Of a stretch of 64,000 bases of DNA, positions 10,259 through 21,097 are shown piece by piece (the stretch's first letter is position 1; each line of letters opens with the position of its first letter). Source of the stretch: Candidatus Poribacteria bacterium. GTDB taxonomy: Bacteria > Poribacteria > WGA-4E > WGA-3G. The stretch is taken from positions 320,001 through 384,000 of the forward strand of contig CBDBFU010000002.1 in the NCBI GenBank assembly GCA_965205025.1. Reading direction: 5' to 3'. The notes below the pieces were generated by a model. The model ran no database searches. It was not told where the DNA came from and was given only the letters and a program-made list of their open reading frames with translations. The position numbers and the translations under genes were made by a program.

Positions 10259-12553
10259 CTAGTATTCAAGCCAAGGTGCAATTACATCCCAAGCAAGTTG
10301 TAGGATGTTTTTTGTCCGTTTTTGGATAAGGCACTTCGTCCAGTCGGTCACTTCAGCAATAGGTTCTAACATATCAAGCCGTACTTGTTTCTTGAGTAAA
10401 TTTTCGGTCCGCTTCGGAAAAGTTAAACCTTCATTCTTGGCTTCTTCAAATTGATTTTTTCTTTCTTCTTCTGTTTTTGCGGCTAACGCACGGTAAAATA
10501 ATTGTTTCTTAGTCCAAGGTGCGTTACCAACGTATGAATTTTCCTTTTGTGGAAGCAAAATAATGTTTCCTATCGTATGCCGGGTATATAATTCCTTATA
10601 TATTTCATCATCCCAACCATCGGATTTTGAAACAGGGGCTACATGTTCAATGGTTTTATATTTATCATCTTGCCACTTACTAAAGTTAAGAAATGCTAAT
10701 TGATCACTATGTATTGTATCTTCTTCACGTGTAAGGAGACCTGGATTTCCTTGATCTGTCGTAGAGTTATCGGAAGCTGCAAAGAGCAAAAATCGACACA
10801 AAGGCTTTGAAGAACTGGCTAAAGGCACTTCACATACGCGAGAAACCCAAGTTTCCTTGTCTTCCACTCCGATACGCGGGATAGCCAAATATTCTTTCAA
10901 TGTTTCCTTAAGTTCATCTAAACTGGGTAGCGAATTTGAATAGTCTAAACCAGTGCAAAGTGTTCTCATCATCTTTCTAAAGTCAGTATCAATTCCTCCA
11001 GTAGTACCTGTTATTGAGCGCCTTAGAGCGAGAAAAGCGGTAAGTGCCATTACAGCATGAGTGAAAGTATCTTCTTTTCCATCTTGCTGATATTGTGCCC
11101 AATATCGTGCCATTATTGGAAGTGCCAGACTCGTTTTCATATCAGATATGAACGCGCAGCATAGTTTAAGTCGATTACTTGTATCGTTGGAATGAATACT
11201 ATCAAGAGTGTGGATAGAATCTTTGTTCCAATAAGTTTGCCGAAATTCTGCGATATCCGCTAACGATTGAACGATTCGACGTTTAAGGTTTGAAGTCGCA
11301 GCTCTTTCAAGTATTGTCCTCAAATAAATACGCTGATCAGCAAGGTTCTCTGGTAACTTGTAACCTTCCATGTATAAAGCGAATGTAACCAGTAAGTCTC
11401 TTGTCTCATTTTGCCGTTTATCATTTTCAAGATAAATGTGGTCTAAATTTTCTTCAAGCCTTTCAAACTGCTTTGCACTCTCAGTTATACTAAAGTTTGT
11501 ATTTCTGTTTTCACGTTCAAAACTCATTACATTAGGTTTGAACGTTTCGATAGCTGTCAGTGGTTCACCAGTTGTATTTAGAGAATCAAATATATCAAAG
11601 GCAGCATTTTCGTCGCTTGTCTCAATCCGCATTAGAACAACTGATTTCAATACGTAGTGAGAAAATAATATAAGTCGGACGAGACCATGTGAATCGGAAT
11701 TACTAACTATATCTGAAATTGCATTGTACTTTTCCGTTCGGTCAGACAGCATATCCAATTTTTTAAACAAATTACACAATCCATCATTCTGAAAATTATC
11801 ATGACTAATTTGATTGAAATCTAGGTCACTTTGCTCTGTAGTGTCTGACGTATCATTTCCATTATAAATACCAAACTTTACTTGTTTTTTTATATAATCA
11901 TAATTTTGAAAAAATCGAAGTGTATCAGCGTTATCATCTGTTTGGACTGGAGAGAAAGTAGAACAGTTTTGTAAACAGTAATTGTCAAAATCATGCAAGA
12001 ATTTGGCAATTACAGATTGATATTTTGCCTCGGAGTGGCTAAATGCCCGGTTATCATCTTGAAAACGAACTACACGAGGGAACCCAGATGTATTACCATT
12101 ACTGTGAAGTTGACCTACAGCACAGTCATATAGTCTTTCAAGAATAAACTCAATTTCCTTTTTTATCCAATCTATTGTAGGTTCTCGAAGGTTGTTAGTG
12201 TTGTCTTTTTGTAGGGATAATTCTTCAGTTAAAGCACAGCAGAGGAGGATTAATGTTATTAATCTCTGCTGTCCGTCAACTACAGAGAGTGAAGTGCCAT
12301 CAAATGAAGATTCAGGTTCCTCTTTTACAAGTATTAATGTGCCGAGGAAGGTATATGATTCATCATTAGACGTAGAAAGATTATAGAATCTATTTAGGCA
12401 ATCCTCTAGGAGACGCTTTATATTATCCGCGTTCCAATCGTAGGTCCGTTGATATTCAGGAATGCGAAAACCTACGTTTTTATTATGGCAAGTCATTGTT
12501 CCTTGATAATGATCAGATTTTGCGGAGTAAATCTTTGAGACTGGTTGTGACAC
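10259..12553 (-). CDS. sspE: SspE-like DUF262 NTPase + DUF1524 nuclease
   Basis: IPEYQRTYDW, VVDGQQRL, IFDSLNTTGEPL, TIEHVAP...IGNIILL; 764 aa directly downstream of sspD. Confidence 0.85.
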   Translation of the reverse strand: MSQPVSKIYSAKSDHYQGTMTCHNKNVGFRIPEYQRTYDWNADNIKRLLEDCLNRFYNLSTSNDESYTFLGTLILVKEEPESSFDGTSLSVVDGQQRLITLILLCCALTEELSLQKDNTNNLREPTIDWIKKEIEFILERLYDCAVGQLHSNGNTSGFPRVVRFQDDNRAFSHSEAKYQSVIAKFLHDFDNYCLQNCSTFSPVQTDDNADTLRFFQNYDYIKKQVKFGIYNGNDTSDTTEQSDLDFNQISHDNFQNDGLCNLFKKLDMLSDRTEKYNAISDIVSNSDSHGLVRLILFSHYVLKSVVLMRIETSDENAAFDIFDSLNTTGEPLTAIETFKPNVMSFERENRNTNFSITESAKQFERLEENLDHIYLENDKRQNETRDLLVTFALYMEGYKLPENLADQRIYLRTILERAATSNLKRRIVQSLADIAEFRQTYWNKDSIHTLDSIHSNDTSNRLKLCCAFISDMKTSLALPIMARYWAQYQQDGKEDTFTHAVMALTAFLALRRSITGTTGGIDTDFRKMMRTLCTGLDYSNSLPSLDELKETLKEYLAIPRIGVEDKETWVSRVCEVPLASSSKPLCRFLLFAASDNSTTDQGNPGLLTREEDTIHSDQLAFLNFSKWQDDKYKTIEHVAPVSKSDGWDDEIYKELYTRHTIGNIILLPQKENSYVGNAPWTKKQLFYRALAAKTEEERKNQFEEAKNEGLTFPKRTENLLKKQVRLDMLEPIAEVTDWTKCLIQKRTKNILQLAWDVIAPWLEY

Positions 12554-12577
12554 GTAGAAACTCCTTATAATGAATTA

Positions 12578-13408
12578 TTACTTATGACATACCAAACAAG
12601 GTTCCTCGTCATCCTCATCGTCATGCACATCGGTGAGGATTTCAATAAGGCGTTGATTTGGTTTATCTTTTTTCTTTGATGCCTTCGCTTGTTCGGTGTG
12701 TTCTTTAATTTGTTCTATCCGTTCAGGAGTTGCCAATTCTTCTAAACTCTCGCCTTGACTCCATGTAAACCGTTCGCCAGTTTCTGGATTGAACTTCTCG
12801 TATCCTTTGGCACGTTCAAACAGATCTGGATGTTGTTCCAAGAGTCCAACCCATTCGGATTTGCGTTGGAAGAAACAGAAGTAGCAACCGGAACGTGTCC
12901 GCCAGTTGTAGTAATCAGGCATTCCGAGACCGCTCTCCTCCAGAATTTGGTACACATCCTCTTTGGTAATACCGTCTTCTTTGAATGGATATTTGGGTTC
13001 GATGTTTCGGAGAGAGGTTGTTTTTAGAGGCTTGTAACCAACCCGATCCTCATCGGCACGTATAGCAATGTAATGATACGCCTTACTATCTCCAATGTTT
13101 TTTTCTACATATTTCTCAAAAGGTTTTATTTTCAGTTTGATGGTACACCAACGCACTTGAGATGACGGCAACATATTTCCGTGAAGTGTTAACCAGTGAT
13201 CAAAATCTCGCTCAACATTTAGTCGTTTAATCGTTTTACCGAGAAATACCTCAAGGCGTTCAAGAAACTCATATGTTTCTGGTAATTCCTTACCGGTATC
13301 AGTAAAAAAATATTCCATCTCAGGAATTTTGTCCCGCATATAAATAGCGAGTGCTGAGCTGTCTTTGCCACCCGAAAGTCCAAGAAGATGGTGTATTTTT
13401 CTTGCCAT
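12578..13408 (-). CDS. sspD: PAPS-reductase-family protein SspD (copy 1)
   Basis: SGGKDS, RWCT, GCYFCF, CLVCHK; operon position. Confidence 0.85.
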   Translation of the reverse strand: MARKIHHLLGLSGGKDSSALAIYMRDKIPEMEYFFTDTGKELPETYEFLERLEVFLGKTIKRLNVERDFDHWLTLHGNMLPSSQVRWCTIKLKIKPFEKYVEKNIGDSKAYHYIAIRADEDRVGYKPLKTTSLRNIEPKYPFKEDGITKEDVYQILEESGLGMPDYYNWRTRSGCYFCFFQRKSEWVGLLEQHPDLFERAKGYEKFNPETGERFTWSQGESLEELATPERIEQIKEHTEQAKASKKKDKPNQRLIEILTDVHDDEDDEEPCLVCHK

Positions 13409-13476
13409 TCTGCCTCCGTAAATAATTTATTGACAATACTTTTTAATATTAAACAACACTCTGAGAAAATGTAAAA

Positions 13477-16400
13477 CTAATTATTTTTTTCATATTCTTC
13501 TTCCCGTTGCATCTCTTTATTAACAATTTGTGCTAATACCCAAAGACGGAGTTTCGATCTTTTATCTTTATCAAGGTCTTCAATCAATTCTTGAATTTTC
13601 TCAACCATTTCATTAGCTTGTTTCTCATTCGATTGAAGTAATGTAACAACCTGTTCTTGTTCATCTCTGTTTGGTATAGTTGTACCTATCCTAATCGGTT
13701 TGGTTCCAGATAATACGTCCAGTTTTCTCCTTTCATAGGATATCACTTCAAAGTGTTGGAACTCTCTTATTAGTTGTGATAGTTTAATCTCAAATTGTAC
13801 TTTGTCTGTGTCATTCCAAGAGGATGGTAGTTTGTTAATGACAAATGCAGCAATTGCCTCAAGCCAATTCTTGAATTTAAGTTCATTATCACAAATCCGT
13901 GTTATAAACCCCATTAGTTGTGTACCACTTGTAACTTCCTGTAATGATTTAGATAAATCTATTAATTCCTTACGGAGTCTTTCATTCTTATATTCTATAG
14001 AGAAATTGGATGCTAATTGTTGTTCGATAAAATCAAGGAGAGAAGGATATGCCTGCTTCAATTCAACTAATACCCTTCGTAATGTTCTAAAAAATTGGAC
14101 AGTATTCGGGTTTATATCTGTTTCGACACAAAGAGGCACACAGTTTACGGATTTAGGCAGATCATGAAATAGCAGTCTGTCAGGTTCACGTGCTTCAATA
14201 ACAGTTTTACATAGGTCTTTGGCATTTTTACTTAAGCTTTGGGTTTGCAAAGTATACTTAGGAAGCCGGTTAACAAATACCATAAGTGGTGTTGCTATTG
14301 TTAATAGGTTTGGTGTAACTGTTTCTGGACTCTGAGTTGAAAAATCTATGATTTCTTCTATAACATTCAGATACTTTACTAAAACATTTGTTCGTTGACC
14401 TATCATTTGAAACCGTTTAAGTTCAAATTTATCAGGTGCTTTTAGTAATCGTTCAAAAACCGGCATTGACAGATCAGGTACAAAAGAACCGTTTTCATAG
14501 AGTGCTACTTCTGATCGGTAACATAACATCGCAGCACACAACAAAATCGGCAATGGACCGTTTCGTACACCGTATGGTGGTTTCCTAAGACCTTTGTATA
14601 ATAATTCAATAGGTTGTCGTTTACTTTCACACGCGGTAAGAAACTTTTCAATTTTCTGCCATGTTGGATATATTTTACTCTTATCACGTTTTTTCGGTGG
14701 ATGGAATCCCCATAAATCTGTTTCGCAACGATGTATTCCTGTCTTCAATAAAAGGGACTGGTAGATACTCATTTCAGGAGGATTTCTTTTGATACCAAGG
14801 TTTTCTTTATCTCCACTTTCAACCATGGCTTGAATTAATTCTCTCCTTGCAGCTGTAACAGTACCAGAGATTTGCCGTCGATTAATAAGTTCATTCCGAA
14901 AAATCGGAGTTTTATTGTAAATCTGTTGACAAATTTCTGATAAATATACATTTCTTTCTCTAAAAGTTCTGAAAAATTCTTTTTTCCCTTTGTAATACCA
15001 AAAACAAGCATTTTCATTGTCTTCATCAAAAATTGTTCTTAATTGTTTTCTAACATCTGTTTCCACTTCTAAAAGCCTTGTCGAGAATTCACGTCTTGCA
15101 ATATCATCTTTCTGTAACTCAGGAGTATTTTGTTGAATCCACCGTAATCTTGCCACTTCAATAACCTTTTCTCGTAAAGAACCTATCGCGCCGGGTATTG
15201 CAATTAATACACCTTTTTCTGTTGTTTTTTCCGCCTTTTTACATAACTGATCCGCTTCATGTTCACTTGCGGGTAATGTGTAAAGGATCAGTCCATCTGC
15301 ATCGTAGGGTTCAATCAAATCCATCTCAAAATTATCTAAATTCGTGTAGCGAACGGTGAAATATCGTAGAGTGCCTGTTTCGAAAAGATGTCGTCTTGCA
15401 ACGAGGTATTGGGTCGGTAGATAGCGTGATAAATCATTTTCAAGTACCATATATGTGTCAACATGTGTTTGTGCCTCACTGAGTTTCTCATCAATATCAA
15501 TATCGCTTCCTTCCCATATTATAAAAGTATCGTTATAACTCCGGTAGGTAATTATTGAATTCTTTATTAATTCATTGAGTGCTAAGTCGAATTCCTTAGG
15601 AAAAGATTTTGTATTATCATCAAGAATATAGTAGAGAAGTTTTTTGGAAGCTTTCAGATTTGTAATAACTTCACCTGTAATATTGAGTAGTCCAATAACT
15701 TTTATCAACTTCACCGTTACTTTGGAGGGTTCTGGCAATCTATTTATAGCTGATTCAATTTCTACCCAATTCTTACTATTGCTTGAAGTGTAGAGTTTAT
15801 TCCCTTGTGTAATGTAAAGGTAATCGTAAAGGTCTGATATTGAGAACAAAGGCAGGATGTCTTCCTCACAATGCTGTTTTGTAAGGAAATCTTGTAATCC
15901 GTTGGGTTCACTTGAACTAAGGAAAGCAAAAAGAGAACGTTCATTCTGTCCAAATTGCCGGAATAACGGTCCGATGAGGAGTGCTACTATTGGGTGAAGA
16001 GGCAGACAATGCTCTAACAAGAGAATTAATTCGGTCTCGTCTAATTGCGGGGTTTTCAACCCTAATTCAATTACAGGATTAAAGTTGACGTTCCATGAAG
16101 TATTTGTACGATTATCTAACGCAGTTCCAACTAAGCGTAAGACTTGTTCTACAGGTTCGGTGAAAGGCACATCTTCAAAACGTCCTTGTACTTTTGCCCA
16201 TTCCTCACGCTGTGATATAGCGGCATGTTTGGCATACATATCAAATGCTTGGTGAAGAATAGTTAATAAAAATAAAGGTGTTTCCGTGCTTCGATCAGCA
16301 ATTTCAGCTAAAGCCTGTAAAATAAACACATCACCTTTAGTAGGATCTTGAGAAGCATATTCGAGAAATTTCCCAAGTTCATCAATTACAAGTAATATTC

Positions 16401-16992
16401 CAGCCCCTTTATGCCTTTTCACTTGTTGTGTTGCTGATTCAAAGAGTTTAATAATTTCAGATACTTGTGGAAGTTTTCCATTTTCTGCTGTTTTTAACAA
16501 GCTATTGATTTGTCGAATTGACGAACAGGTCTTTGATATTCCATTGAAAGAGATAAGACCTTGCTGCAAACCTTGAAGAATAGCAAGGGAAATTGGAGCA
16601 CGTTCCCCTGAAATAAGAACAGGACAGAAACCCAACGAAGATGTTTGTTCTTTACCGTTTAGGTTAGTTAATCGATTATATAATATTCTATCTCCTTGTT
16701 TAAGTAAACTTAATGCTTGTTCTGTTCTCGTAGAATCTAAATCTCCGAGTAGATTTGCTGCAAAAAGAGCGAATGCAGATTTTCCTGATCCATAAGGTCC
16801 AGTAAGGGACCACGCTTTTGATGATTCATTATTCTCTAATGCTGAAACGATACGTCCTAATACCTCGCGTGCTGTCGCAGTTACCACATATCCTTCCAAT
16901 ACATTTTCATCGGTATAAAAGTCTCGCTCTAAATGAACAGAACGATGAAAACGCCCTCTAACGTGAAAAAGATCTGATAATGGATTATTCAT
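13477..16992 (-). CDS. sspC: SspC-like large P-loop ATPase
   Basis: RSVHLERD, Walker A GPYGSGKS, Walker B LLVIDELGK; likely start MNNPLS overlapping the sspB stop. Confidence 0.8.
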   Translation of the reverse strand: MNNPLSDLFHVRGRFHRSVHLERDFYTDENVLEGYVVTATAREVLGRIVSALENNESSKAWSLTGPYGSGKSAFALFAANLLGDLDSTRTEQALSLLKQGDRILYNRLTNLNGKEQTSSLGFCPVLISGERAPISLAILQGLQQGLISFNGISKTCSSIRQINSLLKTAENGKLPQVSEIIKLFESATQQVKRHKGAGILLVIDELGKFLEYASQDPTKGDVFILQALAEIADRSTETPLFLLTILHQAFDMYAKHAAISQREEWAKVQGRFEDVPFTEPVEQVLRLVGTALDNRTNTSWNVNFNPVIELGLKTPQLDETELILLLEHCLPLHPIVALLIGPLFRQFGQNERSLFAFLSSSEPNGLQDFLTKQHCEEDILPLFSISDLYDYLYITQGNKLYTSSNSKNWVEIESAINRLPEPSKVTVKLIKVIGLLNITGEVITNLKASKKLLYYILDDNTKSFPKEFDLALNELIKNSIITYRSYNDTFIIWEGSDIDIDEKLSEAQTHVDTYMVLENDLSRYLPTQYLVARRHLFETGTLRYFTVRYTNLDNFEMDLIEPYDADGLILYTLPASEHEADQLCKKAEKTTEKGVLIAIPGAIGSLREKVIEVARLRWIQQNTPELQKDDIARREFSTRLLEVETDVRKQLRTIFDEDNENACFWYYKGKKEFFRTFRERNVYLSEICQQIYNKTPIFRNELINRRQISGTVTAARRELIQAMVESGDKENLGIKRNPPEMSIYQSLLLKTGIHRCETDLWGFHPPKKRDKSKIYPTWQKIEKFLTACESKRQPIELLYKGLRKPPYGVRNGPLPILLCAAMLCYRSEVALYENGSFVPDLSMPVFERLLKAPDKFELKRFQMIGQRTNVLVKYLNVIEEIIDFSTQSPETVTPNLLTIATPLMVFVNRLPKYTLQTQSLSKNAKDLCKTVIEAREPDRLLFHDLPKSVNCVPLCVETDINPNTVQFFRTLRRVLVELKQAYPSLLDFIEQQLASNFSIEYKNERLRKELIDLSKSLQEVTSGTQLMGFITRICDNELKFKNWLEAIAAFVINKLPSSWNDTDKVQFEIKLSQLIREFQHFEVISYERRKLDVLSGTKPIRIGTTIPNRDEQEQVVTLLQSNEKQANEMVEKIQELIEDLDKDKRSKLRLWVLAQIVNKEMQREEEYEKNN

Positions 16993-17935
16993 AAATTCTC
17001 TTAAATAAATCAAATGAATCTATTTTTTCGTGCCGTGAAATCTCTTTTAATCCAGCGGTATCATCGTACGTAAACGCCCTGTTAGTCATCAACTCAAGAT
17101 TTTCAAGATGCATTACCATTGTATTTTCATCTATTTTAAGAACTTGCCCAGGACTGAATTTTGAATACATAATTTTTGAAAAAGAAAGTGTGCTCGTATC
17201 TGAAGGTTGATGATCCCAAAAGTCAGAGATAAAAAAAGTAATTATTGAATCACTTAAAGATGGTTTAGTACCTAAATTGAATTGGTATCTGTTTTCGTTT
17301 GGCACTTCGCTAATTAAGTCTAATTCAACAAGTGGACAATCAAATGTATCCTCAATAATTGAATCTACTGCTGACCGAGAATTACAATATGTCCGAATGA
17401 AACAACCGATATCTTGTTTAATTGTTTTTTCAGAAGGTAGTTTTCTTATATTTTCTTGCTGTTTTAACCAGTCCATCAGGTCTTTAATAAGAGATTCACG
17501 TGTAAATTCTGGGTAATTGAAGAAACTAAATGCCCAAGACCATGTAGCTGCACTAACTTGGTTTCTTGCAATATTCCAATGGAGCCACCACAAAGTTGCA
17601 GGATTTTCCAAGTAGGGGTCAAGACCTTTTTCATCGTCGAAGATCGCTTTTCCAAAGTCTGTACCTTTAAACGCATTCCGTTTATCTGAACTGTTTTGTA
17701 TTTTTTCAATTATTTTTGTTGTTAAACACCAATGCTGAATAGAACTTACCATATTTTTTCCTACGCCTAATGTAACAAGAGCGTCCTCATCAGAAAAAAC
17801 GTTTGCATTTTTCTTAACAGCATCAAAACCTTTTTTAAGCCACGTGTACCTAAACGGAAAAGTTTGATGTCCTGAGAAGGAGGGATTTTTAAAGTAAGGT
17901 GTGGTTGTGTTTTCAGCAAGTAATCGGGAATCCAT
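16985..17935 (-). CDS. sspB: DUF4007 protein SspB
   Basis: FSGHQTFPFRYTWLKKG, LGVGKNMVSSI, DPYLE...TLWWLHW, CPLVELDLI. Confidence 0.85.
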   Translation of the reverse strand: MDSRLLAENTTTPYFKNPSFSGHQTFPFRYTWLKKGFDAVKKNANVFSDEDALVTLGVGKNMVSSIQHWCLTTKIIEKIQNSSDKRNAFKGTDFGKAIFDDEKGLDPYLENPATLWWLHWNIARNQVSAATWSWAFSFFNYPEFTRESLIKDLMDWLKQQENIRKLPSEKTIKQDIGCFIRTYCNSRSAVDSIIEDTFDCPLVELDLISEVPNENRYQFNLGTKPSLSDSIITFFISDFWDHQPSDTSTLSFSKIMYSKFSPGQVLKIDENTMVMHLENLELMTNRAFTYDDTAGLKEISRHEKIDSFDLFKRIYE

Positions 17936-19156
17936 ACCATATATCTTACCATAAATTTGGGTGTAATTTCAATAGGATTTCTACAGGATTGGAACAGCAA
18001 AATCATCCGTTTTCAACGCCAAATTGTCCCATCTTTAAAATAATTGAAAAATAAAGTGAAGAAAATATAAACCACCAACAACTAACATACAACATCACAG
18101 TCGCATAAAATAATTTGTCAAAATAGAAATAATATTATATAATACTATATTGTTCATTATATGTATACCAATACTAATCCATCATTTAAGGGTTCATCAT
18201 GTATAAGTTAAACAGATATACAAATAAAATGCAATCTCATAGGAACGGCATATCTTTGGTACAAAACAGGTGTAATTATTTTAGTTTTTCTAATTTTGAA
18301 ATTTTCACCTGTATAATTCAAACCTTCATAAACCTTGTCCTCAACAGGGTTTATAGGGTATTGCAAAGACCAATTCTTAAAAATCAACTAAAAAAAACTT
18401 GAAAAACTAAAAGAACTCAAAAAACTTGAAAACAGACCGACTTTGGACAATACAGGCAAAATGCGGATCATACCCAACAGTGTTCCCATAAATACAAATC
18501 GTCCATACAGAAATAATTATCTTCATAGAATCGGTGTCTCCCTGTCCGTTAGTTCAAAATATAGCAAATGGCAAGATCAAAGAATCTCCAATTATATTAT
18601 TTATGAGATATATTCAAACATCTTGTCAGAATGGATGGTTAAGATATTTCACATGCAAACGATTCCAAATCAATGGATGAGAAAAAAAGTAAAAGACACA
18701 AGATTTATATTTTTTGTAAATTCTTGTAACTTAAAAAAAGTGGCTGTAAACCCAGTGTAGGACTGACGGGATAGGACATTTACCAATGTCACACCATGTG
18801 ACAAAAAGTGTAACTTTTTACAACGATATAATACACACAATATAACTAATGTGAATAGAGAATATACACTTTTACTTCACATTCTTGAGTCCCGGGGAAT
18901 GCCTAAATGGCATTCCCCCTACCGGGTTTGGGAAAATTAGAATTAACGTGAGTTTGATAAGACACACTGTAACCTGATCTTTTAGTTAACACCAGAGTGC
19001 ACAAACTGGAAAGTTTGTGCTACAAAGACTATCTTCAGGACAAAATTCTGTTTATCGAACTGACATTTTTTATTATCAAACTGACGTTAGAATTACCAAA
19101 ATATTTTATTAAACTTCATAAGTCATTCACAAGGACTTGGATATTGATAGAAGATA

Positions 19157-19852
19157 ATGATTTAGAAAAATCAATCTTATCCGTGTAATCCGTGTAATCC
19201 GCGTAATCCGCGATTCTAAAAAAAACAATGATTTAGAAAAATTACTCTTATCCGCGTAATCCGTGTAATCCGTGTAATCCGCGATTCTGACAAACACAAA
19301 AGAAGTAGTTCTGACAGAATGGAAATCAGAAAACCATAGACATGCAACGCATATATTAACAATTGTTATTTTCACGGAGAATTAATAGGGTCAAATCTGT
19401 AAACCCTTACCACGACTGCGTTCATAAATTACCTCCGTGAAGGTTTCCGTGAAACGTACTATCAAACTTAGCCGTGTAATCCGCGTAATCCGCGATTCTA
19501 ACAAAATACAATGATTTAGAAAAATCAATCTTAGCCGTGTAATCCGTGTAATCCGCGTAATCCGCGATTCTAACAAAAAACAATGACTAAGAAAAATCAC
19601 TCTTATCCGCGTAATCCGTGTAATCCGCGTAATCCGCGATTCTGACAAACACAAAAGAATTGGGGATCGGAATCCCATCCCATACAAGAAGCAGTTCTGA
19701 CAGAATGGAAATCAGAAAACCATAGACATGCAACGCACATATTAACAATTGTTATTTTCACGGAGAATTGATAGGGTCAAATCTGTAAACCCTTACCACG
19801 ACTGAGTTCATAAATTATCTCCGTGAAGGTTTCCGTGAAACGTACTATCAAA
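19157..19852. repeat. Higher-order repeat: (TAATCCGYG)n 9-mer clusters in ~60-bp units inside a ~310-bp tandem duplication
   Basis: 19157-19466 recurs at ~19511-19852, including a ~166-bp block (19301-19466 vs 19687-19852). Confidence 0.85.
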
Positions 19853-20022
19853 ATTTCTCTCAAAATCAGCAAGTTTTTAACAGACTTCTTCCCATTCACG
19901 CTATATCTTTTGACAATAACAATTTTATATCAAATTAAGATTACCCTTGAATAAAGCGGACGTTAATGTGATAATTAGGATACAGATATCTTGACATGCA
20001 CGCTTGATTTTGGGAGCGTGAT

Positions 20023-21090
20023 ATGAAACCTAATGCTACGAAATCTATTCCTTATGCACTAATTCTTTCAATAGGTCTTCATATCGTTTTGGTGGCTATC
20101 CTGAGTCTACTCTATCAAACCAAACCTACCCAGATTTCTGATGTAACACATTTTGATATTCTGCATGTCCCTTCCCAACGTTCCCTGCGTACTCTAAAAC
20201 GTGAACGTTTTGTTCCCCAAGAATATAATACACCAATCCCACAGAAACAGATTGCGTCCGTGGCTACATCTCCAGTGGCATCTGTACAACCGACTGCACC
20301 GATTACCCATAATAATCCTGTAGCACCTGTTCGGGATTATACTTTACCCGCTCCACGCACATTAGGAGAAACCCTCCACAACGGTAGTTCTCCTGTTCCC
20401 ACGGTGGGTGGAAATCCTGTGAGTGGTACCGGAACGGCAGTATCCAATTTACGAGGGATAACCCGTGGCACAAAATCCTCATCTTACAAACCGTCCGTTA
20501 ATCATATCTTTCCAAAAGTAAGTGATCTTCCGCTACCAATTGTATTACTGGAACGTATTGGGAATCACATTGTCTCTCATCTAAATTCTGACTTAGTGGA
20601 TATTGTTTTCATTATTGATGGAAGCGGGAGTATGAAGGATAATATCAATGCAGTACGGAATCATCTGAATAGAATGACACAGATTTTTCAAAATGCGGGG
20701 ATAGATTTTACTATGGGGATTGTCATCTTCCGGGATAGCACAACCTATAGTATGCTCGGTTGGGATTTCGAGGTGACACCACAGACAAAATCGGTTAGTG
20801 AGATAAAAAAAGCACTTTCGAAGGTCAAGTGTAGAGGTGGAGAAAAGGCTTTAGATGCACTTATTCGGGCTGCTGATGAGGTAGAATTTCGACAGAACAG
20901 TGAGGTGCATTTCATCTTGGTCACGGATGAATATGTGACTGGTAACTACACTGCAAGGGATGTGTTAACGAAGATGAGGAGCAGTAACATTAAGGTTGAT
21001 GTTATAGGTCTTGAGGAACCGTTTCATGGATTTATTACGCGTAAAACGGGTGGTATTTGGTTGCCTATATCAAGTTTAGGAGCACAATGA
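20023..21090 (+). CDS. Membrane-anchored von Willebrand factor A domain protein
   Basis: N-terminal TM (LSIGLHIVL), Pro/Thr linker, MIDAS DIVFIIDGSGSM and ILVTDE. Confidence 0.85.
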   Translation: MKPNATKSIPYALILSIGLHIVLVAILSLLYQTKPTQISDVTHFDILHVPSQRSLRTLKRERFVPQEYNTPIPQKQIASVATSPVASVQPTAPITHNNPVAPVRDYTLPAPRTLGETLHNGSSPVPTVGGNPVSGTGTAVSNLRGITRGTKSSSYKPSVNHIFPKVSDLPLPIVLLERIGNHIVSHLNSDLVDIVFIIDGSGSMKDNINAVRNHLNRMTQIFQNAGIDFTMGIVIFRDSTTYSMLGWDFEVTPQTKSVSEIKKALSKVKCRGGEKALDALIRAADEVEFRQNSEVHFILVTDEYVTGNYTARDVLTKMRSSNIKVDVIGLEEPFHGFITRKTGGIWLPISSLGAQ

Positions 21091-21097
21091 ATTAGCG

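Noticed and set aside
10259-17935. BREX type 4 or DndABCDE assignment
   Set aside because: No PglZ/BrxL or DndB/D/E homologs; the order DUF4007-ATPase-PAPS reductase-DUF262/DUF1524 fits SspBCDE
18199-19188. Short + strand ORFs upstream of sspB
   Set aside because: AT-rich intergenic and repeat DNA with no coding signature
19157-19852. Possible CRISPR array
   Set aside because: The spacers are themselves repeated, units are built of 9-mers, and there are no cas genes. The RITRITRIT ORFs (19127-19375, 19391-19687) are translation artefacts of the repeat.
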